Below the pieces are notes generated by a model that saw only the letters and a list, made by a program, of their open reading frames with translations, searched no databases and was not told the origin of the DNA. Positions 24,439 to 44,621 of a DNA stretch of 64,000 nucleotides are shown here, piece by piece. Source of the stretch: Protoeuglena noctilucae (lineage: Eukaryota); contig OY253687.1 in the NCBI GenBank assembly GCA_958009085.1, positions 558,001 through 622,000 on the forward strand. The letters are read 5' to 3'. How positions within the stretch are numbered: the first letter of the stretch is position 1; every line of letters starts with the position of its first letter. Both the position numbers and the translations under genes were made by a program.

Positions 24439-27400
24439 ATGAGCGATGACTCTGGTACCCCCGTGACCGAGAAGCGAGCCAAGGAGGACCCACACGGGCA
24501 GGCCTTTCTCGCCCGCCTGTGCTGCTGGGGCCCCTGGAGGGTCCACAGCGACGGTGCTGACGTGGTCACCGAAACCGTATCTAGCTCCGGTAGGGCCGCG
24601 ACCAAGCCGCCGCGCGCTGAGGACCCAGCTGACTCCAAAGCCCTTCCTGCCGCCAAGAAACCTTCCGCCGAGTTCCCCGCGGCGCCGGGCCGGCCGGACA
24701 AGGACGCGGCCGAGGACTCTACCCCTCAGCGCACCAACTCCGACGTCACGGAGGACGGCAAGAGCCGCCGCGCAGTCGTCGCAGTGCACCCAGGACCCAG
24801 CGTCGCTGACATCAAGCGCCTGCGCTCCGTCCGGGACCCCAACGCCGCGTGAGTCTCGCCGCCGCTTCCGCTCTGCTTTCGGCAGGTTGCCGGGCCGCGG
24901 GGAGCGACGCCCAGCCCTACGCACTCGCGCAGGGGGGCGTTGGGCCCGAACCGCAGCTACCGTGCGCGGGTCAGGTCGCTGCGGAAAGTCATGAGCGCGG
25001 CTCCTGCGGCTCTGCATAGCCTATCCCAGAAAGGCGACCCCCCGCTGCTGGCGCGGTCCGGCACGGTGGCGGTGGGGACCAAGTCGCGCCTTTCCCAGCA
25101 CGCTGAGAGCGGCAACGGCGACGCGCCGCCGGCAAAGGCGGCCGGTGAGAGAGCCTTTTGTGCTGGCTTGCACGACACGATACTAAGTGGAGACATAGAA
25201 ACTCGGGGGCAGGCATGGGCTTGCCCGCATGGCCCGGCATGTGCATGATGCTAGGTCATAACAGCCCTCTCTTGCCTAGGTTGGACCTTACTAGCGCCTC
25301 TCATCCACCGCAGGTATCATGTCCGCGCCGGAGCTGGAGCGGGCGGAGACGGAGGGGTCAGGGGCGGGCAACGGCGTGCTGAGCGGGGCGGCCGTGGGTC
25401 AGGTGGCGGATGATGCGGTTGAGAGGGAGGACACAGACCCAGCCAAGGGCGCCGCGGGGCGGCGAATGGAGGCGGGTGGAGGCGCAGAGAGCGAGGGCGG
25501 GGCTGCGGAGGCGGAGGCGGCGAGGGGTGGCGTGGCGTCCACCTCCTCCGCACCACGCGCGAGTGTGGATGGGGCCGGGGCGGCGCGGGTCGACAGCCGG
25601 GGCATCTCTGAGGACGCGAATGGTGGGGGAGACGGGGCGTCGGAGCACGCGTCGGGTGGCAGCGGCGTGGGGCTGGCCATGGGTGCTCGGACGGGGGTGC
25701 CGCCCCAGCCGCCCGTCCCGCTGATGCTTTCGGTCATCGGGGGCCCCAGCGACGGGACGTCCAAGACGCTGCGGCCTGTGCCGGGCCAGGAGTACCGGAT
25801 CGGGCGCAAAGGGTTCTGGTGAGCCGTGCAGAGACGATGCTTATGTGGGGCGATGGGTGCAGCGGATGCAAGTGAGGCGTCCCTCCATGTGATACCATCA
25901 TGGTGTCACAAGCCGTGGTCGCTGTCACTGTCACTGTCGTCGTTGTCACTGTTCATATATTACCTTCAATTTTCTCGCAGTGACATCATGATCAATGACC
26001 ACGAGGTGTCGTCAGAGCACGCCAGTGTGACGTACGACGCGGACCTCCCCGGCTGGGTCATCCGGGACCTGGGGTCCCTGAACGGCACCAAGCTGAATGG
26101 CCTGAGCATCTGGAACGTGGCGGAGGCGAGGCATCAGGGGGAGCGGTACCCCTTGCAAGACGGTGACATGATCACGCTGGCCGAGGTGAGCGGGGGCGGG
26201 TTGCAAACAGTGGTGACATGATTACTGCGCAGATGCATGTGAGTGGGAGAGTCGCATCATAGAGTAGCATGCGCTGCCATCACCCTAGGCATCGCGAGAC
26301 GGCAGATAACGACAAAGCAAGATGCATGTTACAACCTCCGTGGTGGCGCCCCGTGCGTTTGCGCTGCTGCCATCCAGCCCCTCATCCCCGTTCGTGCTTC
26401 AACCCCCGCAGAGCACGGAGATCGAGGTGCAGCTGGGGGACGAGGAGGACGATGCGTTGAATGACAGCTTCTCCCCGTCATCCGCCAAGCGCTCCATGTT
26501 TGGCAGGGGCAAGCTCCTGCGGAAGGTCAACCAGGGGGCGACCATGCGGGCCTCCGGTGAGGGGGCGAGTGACTGAGGGCGCGCGTGATGGTGATAGGTT
26601 GCATGCAGGCGTGAATGGCGGCGTGTAACGGTTTCCATGCTCACCTTTGTGACCCATCTCCTTCTCTCGCCTCAGTCCCCGACGACCAGGGCCCCTGGCT
26701 TCCCATCCTCGACACGGCCCGCCGCACGGACGTTCGGGTCACAGAGCGACGCGAGTCCGGCACCAGCACCTTCATCGCCGCGTCGACCCTCGGAGTATTC
26801 ACGGCATGCTCCGTCAACGTCGGGCTCAAGCACGTCAAGGTGACACGCCCATGCACCCACACTGGTCACATTGGCATGGCGTTTCTGTATCACTCAAGCA
26901 CGTCAAGGTGAGACGGCCACCAGTTGCAATTGCACGACATCCGTGCATCACGATGGTCACCAACCCCACCCCACCCCATCTGCGCCTGCCTTACCCAACC
27001 CCCACCCTGCGCCTGCCTTACCCTACCCACCCTGCACCCGCCTTACCCCACCCCACCCCACCCTCACTCAGGAGGGCCTCCCGAGCGAGGACAACGTCTT
27101 CGTGGCCCTCCCCGCGGCCGAGGCCCCCGCGGCCCTCTGCGGGGCGTTTGGCCTCATGGACGGCCACAAGGGCGGCAAGGCCAGCACGCTCGCCAAGGGG
27201 ATGTTCGTGCACGCCATCCGCGAGTTTCTCGTGTCAGCCGGCGGGGTCAGCCCGGGGCCCCAGGGGTTCCGGGAACAGATCCACAAGGCGTTCCTCTGGA
27301 TCGACTCCCAGCTGACGCAGGTGAGGGGACGGGAAGGGAGCCAAAGCCACATTATGTGTTGTCAATACTGCTACCCTCACACCCGCGCCCCTGCTCCCCG

Positions 27401-28418
27401 CGCGCCCGCTGCCCTCGTCTCACGCCCATTCGCACCCTGCCGTCCGCACTCTCCCACCCCTTACCCGCTCCCTCACATCCGCCCCCGCAGCGCTGCCTGG
27501 AGGGCTGCACGGCCACGGTCGTGCTGTGCTGGCAGGAGAACGGCGCGACGTGGGTGCAGACGGCGAACGTGGGCGACTCCGAGGCCCTCCTGGTGTCCTT
27601 CGAGACCCACGAGCGGCGCCTGCTGACGGCCTGCCACCGCGTCAGCGATGAGGCAGAGAACACCCGGCTGCGCAACATGGGCGTCGAGGTGGTGCCGGGG
27701 CAGCTGCGCCTGGACGGCCTGCAGCTGGCGCGGTGCCTGGGTGACCGGGAGTTCAAGGAGGTCTATCCCGGCGCCATCATCGCGGAACCCCACGTGAGTG
27801 AGCCGGTGGAGATTGGGGGCGAGGGCGCGGTGATCGTCGTGGGGAGCGACGGGCTGTGGGACGGGCTGAGCAAGGAGCGGTGCGCGGAGCTGGTGATGGA
27901 GGTGCTCGAGGACTCCGGGGGTGGTCTGTCGGGCGCGGACCAGCTCAGCGCCGCCAGGGACATCCTGGTCGAGGAGAGCGTCGAGGGGGGGTCCAAAGAC
28001 GACATATCCAGTGAGTGCCCAGTCGCGCGGGCTAGTGGGAATGAAGAATGGTGCTAGTGGTGATGATATTGTGTATTACTACTGCCAATTGCTGTACTGG
28101 CTCTCAGTACACATGCCACGCCGCACCACGCTTCTCGTGTGCTGCACCGCTCCAGCCCGCTCCCCACCACCCCAACCCCATCTCTCCAATCCTTCCCACT
28201 CTCATCCCTCGCCGGCCCACCCCACCCCCGCAGTCCACGTCATCCGCCTGCTCCCCGCCGGCAAGATCCTGGGCAACAACACTTCGTCCCATTCCATGGC
28301 CTCTTCCTCCAGCTTCAACCAGCGCGTGTCCCAGCCGTGCTCGGAGAGCGGGCAGCAGGGAGGGCTTTTGTCGATTGAGAAGGAAGAGGGGGGACACGCG
28401 GGAACGCATGCCGAGTGA
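24439..28418 (+). CDS. FHA-domain + PP2C phosphatase (KAPP-like architecture)
   Basis: FHA: YRIGRK...INDHEVSSEHASV...WVIRDLGSLNGTKLNG. PP2C: SEDNV, FGLMDGHKG, GCTATVVL, ANVGDSEA, LARCLGD, GSDGLWD, GSKDDIS; TGA ends at 28418. Confidence 0.9.
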
Positions 28419-29155
28419 CCTAACACTGTGTGTGCGGTACGAGTGACCGACTCATGCCGACGCGAGCGACTCTGGACGGTGACGGACTCCGTAGCGGCGT
28501 GAGCGACACTTGTAGTGAGCCATGGGATGGTCACTGCCAGAGTGACTGGCTCTCGTTGTGAGCTACGGGGCAGCCACTGACCCTGTGACCGGCTTTGTAG
28601 CGAGCCACCCATGGCATCACTACTACTGTGGGGTATCCGTGGCAGTCGGCACCTTGCGTGGCTAGTGTGGGCACCTGGCAGGCTATGGTCATGGCAGCCA
28701 CACAGCCAACGACCCGCATTTGCGCCCGACATCCCTTCCCTTTCGTCGGCAGGCAGCATCTCCCCACCCGCAACCGTGCCCGTGCTCCTCGTGATGCCTC
28801 GTGCCCCGTCCCTCGTCCCTTTCCCATCCTCCTAGCACAGCCGCGGCACCTCGACGCCGCTGTCGCTGTCGTCGCCACCCTTTTGGCCTAACCACCTTTG
28901 GACCCGCCCTCGCCGTTTGAATAGACACCCGTGGTGACGCAAGCGACATTCGACGTTACTTGACAAGTCGCGATATTCAAACTTGACTGGCAAGTCCAAC
29001 ACCCTACCGCGAACTATGACAAGACGATGCAAGAGCCTGACCAAATACAGGTGGTTCTGTCCACTACCCAAATGCTCCTGTTGCAAATACGGCACCTGCC
29101 CCTTCCCTTGTGCCCCAACTACCGCCCGCCCCGACCCACCACCCAACCCCCGCCG

Positions 29156-32100
29156 CTATTCAAACCCCTCCTCGTCACCCAAGGTTATGGCCGTAAAGCC
29201 GTCCCTTGCCAGCGCCACGTCAGCAGAGCCCCCTTCAGGACGACCGCCCTTGGCTTCACTCACGGGTGCACCTGCCCCATGCCCTCTCACGGGCGCACCT
29301 CCCACATGGGTGCTCTTCGTACCTCTCCCGTTCCCGTTACCCCACTCGCGGCGCATGGGGTGCGCCCTGAGCTGCAGCGGCGTCCCTGCTGGCGACCCCA
29401 GTGGCCCGTTCCCTGCCACCGCCCCACTCGCGCTCTCCCGCACGCCCTCTCCCGCACCCCCCGACCCCACGTGCACGCTCCGTGCAGACAGGCTCCTTTC
29501 CGATGCCGACAGCTCCACCCCAGCCTCAGCACGAACTGCACCTGACGACTCCCGCGCCCAATGCGGCGACTTGGGGCTCAAAGCACCCGCACCCGCACCC
29601 GCAGCCCCACTCACACCCACCCCCGCCCCGCGCCTGCCGCCGCCCACCCCAGGCAAACTCACTTTGCCCAACCCTACCCCCGCACCCGCCCCCGCGCCTT
29701 GCCCCACCCCGTTGCGACCGGACGGCCCTGCAGTGGCGCCATTCGCCCCCGCACACCCCAACCCCACCCCCGCCCCCGCACCTGCACCCGCCCCCGCACC
29801 CGCACCCCCACGACCCGGCCCCGCCCCCCACTCGTCGTCGCTCTCCCAGTCGGGCCCGTCCGGCCCCTCCCTCGCCGCCTCCCCCGCCGCCAGGGTATAC
29901 CCCCGCCTCAGCGCCTTGGTGAGGAACGCCGAGGCCTGGGGCCGCACGGCGAGGTACTTCCGGACGTTGAAGAGCGCCACTCCGATGACCAGGACGCCCA
30001 GACCGGCGGCGTTGGTGCGGGTGAAACTGTCTTTGAACACCGCGATGCCGGCCGCCACCGTCAAGAGCTCCTTGAAGCTCCCCGCGACCATGAGGGTCAG
30101 GGCGTCCGTCTCCTGCGGTGTTGGGGAGGAAGGGGGATGTGAAACGTCACGAGGTATCCGGTCCATTCACAGTAATGGACTGAGTCGTAACGTCCAACTC
30201 CTGTGCGACTGGAAACATGCACCTTCACAAGGTTTCCACCTGGATTGTGGATGGATTGGGTTAGGCATGATGGGCTCCCCACCCACCTGGATGACCTTGA
30301 ACTCTGACACGACCATTCCAACGGCGATGACGGCGCCCACCAAGATGACCAGGGCCGTTGAGGTGGCCGCGCCGGGGCCTGAGAGGAATGGGGTGTGATA
30401 ACAGGGATAGGTCAGATAGAAACTGACAAGAAAGTCAGCGCAGTGTATCTGCCTCCACCCCACGCCTCGACCCCAGCCCACGACTTAACTTAGCCAGTGC
30501 ATCTGCCCCCACCCAATGCGTCATGGCCTTCCCTCCGCACTCACCGTCGAACCACGGGGAGCTCGTCAGCCCGGTCCAGAGGTCCTCCATCGCCACCGAA
30601 CACAGAAGGACGGTGGCAGACATGACGGGGGTGAGCGTGCCCACCACCGCCACGGGGCCGCGGCGGCCGTGGGCGTGGGGGTCCTGGGGGGGGGAAAAGG
30701 AACAGAATGCAGGTGTGAGAGTTGGTGATAACACGATAGCAGATGTTACGAGGGAGTGTGGGTGGCCGTGGGCATGGGTCAAGGAAGAGTGTCAAGGGGC
30801 AGTCAGAACTAGCAACAGTAAGCGAAGGGAGGTATCAATGTGTGTCAGTACCACCCTTGGGTCAGCCCGTTGCATGTCGCCTTTGTCGGCTCCTCACCTC
30901 GTGGCTGCCCAGCGGCTGGTGCCCCTGGGGCTGCCCCCGTTTCTGGCCGGGGTGCCGGTGGGTGCCCTGCAGGAGCATCTGCGTCAACGTCCACCGCAGC
31001 CCGGACATGCACGCCGCCAGCATCACGCTGCGGGGACGAGGTGGGTGGGAGACACACGTGAGCGATAGCGCATGTCAATAGATGCAAGTCGGGCTCACCA
31101 CTTATGCGAACAAGTGGAACCTAGATCATTCGATGCAGCACGCCCACCGAGTCGGGGTCACCCATTGCAACTAATAATTGCTCACCACACGAACCCGAAC
31201 AGGTGGAACTTGGCCTCCCCAAACACCAGGAGCAGCAGCCCCATGGCAATGACCGAGACGACCGCGGCCAGGTCCCAGGTGGGGGTCTCGATGCGGAAAG
31301 CGAAGGCGAAGAGAAGGAGGAAGAGGGGGCTGTGAAGGGAGAGGGAGACGATGAGATGGGAGTGCAGGGGTGCGTGGGATGGGCTGGGCTGGTCGAGAGT
31401 GAACGGTGGGCCTGCATTGGTTGAAAAGCGACGCCGCTGCTAGCGTCCTGGCTCCTCACCTCGAGGACTTGCACATGGTGTAGAAGGACGTGGTGATGAA
31501 CACGAGGGAGAGGTTGGAGAGGCCGATGTCGAGGCCGGTCGACACGCCGTTGGGTATCACGGCCCAAAGGTACTCCTCGCGGGGACGGTTCAAAGCGTCA
31601 AGCTTGCCCGTATACCACAGAATCTGCGGAAAGGGATCCCGGCGCCGTTTCCAGCGACAGACTGCAGCAGCGAGGGTCCTTCATGCGACGCCCCTCAAAA
31701 GAGCCCGAGATCGCGCGGGCGGGCGTCGGAACTCCGCATCCTGCGCGGGTGTATCGTGAATAATATGCTTCGCACGCACCGCGCGGCAGAGCAGCGCCTG
31801 GAAGAGGAACTGCAGGCCCGTCATGAAGAGCGGGGCGGGGAAGGGGCCCCGCTTGAGCGCGAGCGGGTTGCTGTCGTCCTGAGACAGGATGAGCTTGTTG
31901 TAGATCGTCAGACACGTCGACAGGAGGTACTGCGGCGGCGCAGGGACCGCTGGGTTCGCATGCTAGCCCTGCCCCAGTGCCTGGATTTGTCGGGGCGGTG
32001 CAGCCGAGGGCGCGAGCGAGGGGAGGCAGCGGGTCTCACCCACAGTGCGATTAAGACGATTACTCGCAACACCCGGCCCCACGGGAACGGCGCGCCAGGC

Positions 32101-32219
32101 CCTCCGTCCGCGTCGGTGGGGTCGTTGGCATAAGGGTCCTTCGGCCGGGCTCGGGGCGACCCTGGGCGATCGTGCGGGTCCACTTGCGGGGCGCGCTCAT
32201 CGTCCGGACCGCTCTGCAT
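29156..32219 (-). CDS. Nucleotide-sugar / triose-phosphate transporter family protein (SLC35C2-like); 8 exons
   Basis: WYLLSTCLTIYNK, FPAPLFMTGLQF, GLDIGLSNLSLVFITTSFYTMCKSS, FAFAFRIE, SGLRWTLTQMLLQ, ETDALTLMVAGSFKE; exons join in frame. Confidence 0.9.
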
Positions 32220-32920
32220 CTGCGTGGCATCAAGCAGATGCAAAGAGTTGGCTCAGCGCCCGAGGAGCAGCTCGGGCAGAGCGCGCGTCGTCCTCAGCGG
32301 CCCGCACGCACGTGTTCAAAGGGGTTCTCGGACTGCCCCGCCCCCGTCGCCCCTGGGTCCACATTTGAGTCGCCGACGGCGGGCTTCGCGACGTCCACCG
32401 CCTCGCCCTTGTGGGCGTTAGCTGCCTCGTCGGGGTACTGCCACCCGTGCATCGCCGATCCCACGCAACTCGACCAGGCACGTTCGAGTGGATGACTCGA
32501 CGGACGGCGAGCCAGGCGGAACGCGCGATGCTAGCCCAGGGGGCCCGCTATCATGCGCAGTGCGAAGCCATTTCGCCCAAGGACTGCACAACTAAAGCAC
32601 TTGAGCAACTGCTTCGTGCATGGGTCTAATCAGCGAAAGTTATGGGGGCCCAGCCGGGCTCGGGGCGCAGCAGTAGACCCGGGACTGGCGCCAGTGAACT
32701 CAGGGCGTGCCCCGCTTCGTCCCTGGCCAATTCAACGGCTCTGCTATCCACTCTTCTGCAGTGATGTCGTTCAAGCAAACAGCGGGGACTTATCCACTCC
32801 CCGCGAGAAGCCGTCATCCCGTCACAGCGACGCAACCCTAGCGCACGGGCCCTCCGCTGGCCGTCCGCGGCAGGCCGGCGGCCTTGAACAGGTGGCGAGG
32901 TAGCTTCATGTGGCCGTAAC

Positions 32921-41312
<8,392 letters not shown>

Positions 41313-41526
41313 CGGCGAGACCTGGCGTGCTGCAGCCGCTGGTGGGGATTTCCAGCGTCCCTGTAGGCTTGAGCTGGAACTGTGGCTTGACTGTAGACAG
41401 ATAGGTGTGCTGAAGCTTGTTGACCTACGAACTTGAAGGAGAACCCGCACAATTTGCTGGCTACCCTTCCCTCTGCGCCCTCCAGCGCTCCCACCGCTGC
41501 GCACGCCTACCCGTCAGATAGGGGGC

Positions 41527-42721
41527 ATGGTTGCGCCGGTGGCCATGGCCGAGGACCGATCGGAGATGCGCGCGCGGGTGGAGGCGCTGCTCCAGAAGCG
41601 TGACGCGATTGAGGCGGAAATGGAGGCCATCACGTCGCGACTAGAGCAGTGAGGGATCTGGATGTTGCTTTGAGAATGTTTGTTAAGAAGCTGCATGTGC
41701 TTTTAGGCTCAATTGCCCCACGGTGTTGCGAGGCTATGGGTCTGCAACACGCGTGGGCTTGATGCCAGCGCGCATCATGGCTTTCTTGCTCCCTTCTTGC
41801 CACCAACTCTCCGTGTATCTACTTCACACGCTCAGGCCCGGCCAGCCGGGGTTCAGCGAGCCTCTGGTAGACAGGGAGGGCTTCCCTCGCGCGGACGTGG
41901 ACGTCTATCGCGTGCGCGGGGACCGGCACCGCCACGCGTGCCTTCGAAACGACTACAAGGAGGTCATGGATGCGCTCCAGCACGCGTTAGGTGCGTCGGC
42001 GGGCCGGCCGGGCCAGCCAAACTATGCAGGGGACGTGCACAGTTTGAAAAGTCCCTGGTCCCTCTCGACTTTCGCAGAGGACCTGCACAGCGCTGCACGG
42101 GCGGCCGGCAACATTAGCGAAGGCCGTCCCAGGCAGCCCGCGCCCTCTGGGCAGGGCGCAGATGTCGCAGGCGTAAGCACGGCAGGTGCCCGTCCACCGA
42201 TGCCCTTTGCTGTCGTCGACGAGCTTTTCGAGGGCTCACCGGCAAAGGCAAGCACTTCAGATCTTGCTTCTGTGTTCTACACGTATTGCGCTGGCCTGGC
42301 CTGTGGGACCACGGCTATCACTCAAGACCCCGCATCTGACTGCTGCAGGCGTGCGGCCTTGCGCTGGGGGACATGGTGTGCGCCATGGGGCCCGTGGACC
42401 GCCGGAACTGCGCCACGGATGCCGAAGCCCTTCACCAAGTGGCCAAGGTGCCTTGCTGACCTGTGTCCCATGCATGCTTGTGGATGCTTGCATCATGTAC
42501 CTGCACCCTCACGCTCGTTTAGTGGGCATGGAAAAGGGGCAGCAACAGGGAGCACCTGTGTGTCGTGTTTGCCGCAGGAGCTCCCCAAGCTGGAGGGCAG
42601 TCGAGTGCCGGTGTTGGTGCAGCGTGGGTCGGGGGAGGTGGTGTCGTTTACGCTCGTGCCGTCGAGTGCCTGGGGCGGCCGGGGGCTCCTCGGCTGCCAC
42701 CTGACGCTGATACGGCCGTAG
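41527..42721 (+). CDS. PSMD9: 26S proteasome assembly chaperone PSMD9/Nas2/p27; 5 exons
   Basis: N-terminal coiled coil, PLVDREGFPRADVDVYRVR...CLRNDYK, PDZ-like PFAVVDELFEGSPA-K-ACGLALGD, C-terminal WGGRGLLGCHL; TAG ends at 42721. Confidence 0.93.
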
Positions 42722-42843
42722 GCATGTACGACTCGACATGGCCGATGCTTGATGAACTGTTTGCAATTCATGTGTCGCCATGAGATGGCGGGTGTTCAAA
42801 AGGCGTACTTGTTTCATTCGCACCCTTATCGCCATGCCACACC

Positions 42844-44308
42844 CTATGCCAGCGTCTGCAGCCACTGGTCGAGCCGCTGAGCCGCCACCTCCCACCTCGT
42901 GTCGAGCATGAGGTCGTGCGCTGTGTCGGGCAGCACCACGGGGGTCACGCCGTAGTAATCAGCCGTCTCCTGGAGGCCCTCGACGTCGACGACCTTGTCC
43001 TCCGCGCCCCCCATCACGATCACGTCGCAAGGGAAGTCTGGCTTGCCCACCGGGCGCCCCTCGCCCACCTGCTGCGACATCGCGCTGCACGTGCAAATCA
43101 AGAGAGACGGTCGGTGACTGCTTTGCATCACATGTTTGCTGGGATGGGGTAGCCCAGGTCATGCACTGATGGCACCAAATCGTACTGCGAGACCCCAGTT
43201 TGCATTCTCACCTCACGTCCACCACGGGTGGTCGGTCTTTGCTCTTCTTGAGCTCGACCATGAATCGTGCTTACGTCTCTTCCGGCAAATCCGGGCTGAA
43301 GAAGAGCGCCCGTGCCGCACCGGGATCCGTCGTGTACGACTGATGGTAGAGGTGGGTACATTGGGTTCAGTGACTGGCATGGCGACGTGCATGGAGGGAG
43401 ACATGTGGGTCGATGAGCTGTTCAGGCTTGCTGTAAACTCGCTCACCTTTGCGATGAACCAGTACGTGATCTTGGCCCCCATCACCCAGTCCCTTGCTAC
43501 GAACCGCTTGACCATGGCTGCATTGCCGGTTGGAGGCACCGAGGCCAGCAGTGCAAGCGCCCTGGAAGGTTGAGACAGAACTGGACTGTTGGACTGCATG
43601 GCACCGCATGTCAGCAGGTACCAGCAAGAGTCCTAGGCATCCAGCGTAAGACGCTGAAGTGTCACTCACCGGACAGGTGGGTGCTGGCCGGCCTGAGGGA
43701 CGGTCCCGGCTCGTGCAGAGTCACGCAGGTACATCTGGGAGGCGAGGCCCCCGAAGGAGTGGCCCACGAGGACAGGTGGGGCGGGGAGAGTGGAAATGAA
43801 CGAGGCCGGGTCCTGCAGGAATGGCATGGCATATGGTGGAAGGGCGTCCATTGCAGCCAGCAGTCGGGACGGTGTCGCCGCCCATCGCGGCAGCACGTCA
43901 GGGCGCAGCAGCGACGCGGCAGTGCAGCGCAGGGCTGCGGCGCGGCCGACGCGCCTGCGTGTGCTGGGAGAGGGAAAAGCCACGCTTTGGGGCGTCGGGC
44001 GGGAGGTTGCTGGCCCCTTGCCCCCTCAGGCTGATGGCATAGCAGGTGTTCCCACGCTCGGCGAAATATGGCAAGAAGTACTCGCTCCAGCACCATGCCG
44101 CGTGGCCTGAGCCGTGGACGAAGAGCAGCGGCCTGCCTGCGCCGGCATCGAGCTGGGGCAGAGCCGAGCGCACTTCCAGCTTCACGCCGTCGGGCGTCAC
44201 GTGCGTGCCGGCCACGACATCATGCGTTGCAAGGCATCGGACCCGGCGAGAGGCCGCATCTCGATGCGGTAGCCTGCAGAGTGTGGCGCAACTACTCGCA
44301 AGCGCCAT
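42844..44308 (-). CDS. Alpha/beta hydrolase, probably organelle-targeted; 5 exons; in-frame TAA at 43271-43273 (see findings)
   Basis: LLFVHGSGHAAWCW, YAISLRGQG, nucleophile elbow VLVGHSFGG, SVPPTGN, GAEDKVVD, TAHDLMLD. Confidence 0.88.
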
Positions 44309-44621
44309 CCGCACAGCTGGAGAGGTTGATGCAGAGCCTCGATGGCGAGTTACAACATGCAGGTACTGGCCATCGTGCACGCAGGCGGGCGTCATCAAAG
44401 GCAATCTCTGCGCATCGAGCGTCCCCCTGGCACGCGACGACGCCAGAACTCGGGCTGAGGCAGCTGACGAGGCCCCCGGCCCGCTCCCCTCCCAACATCC
44501 CTAGCGCCCCTGCAGTCTGCGACGATCCCAGATTGCTGCGCCGACCGCTTTCCCGCCCAACTCGAGTGAGAGCTCACAACGCAGCCGCTGTCGTGGGGTG
44601 GGGGGCTCCGTGGCGTGGCCG

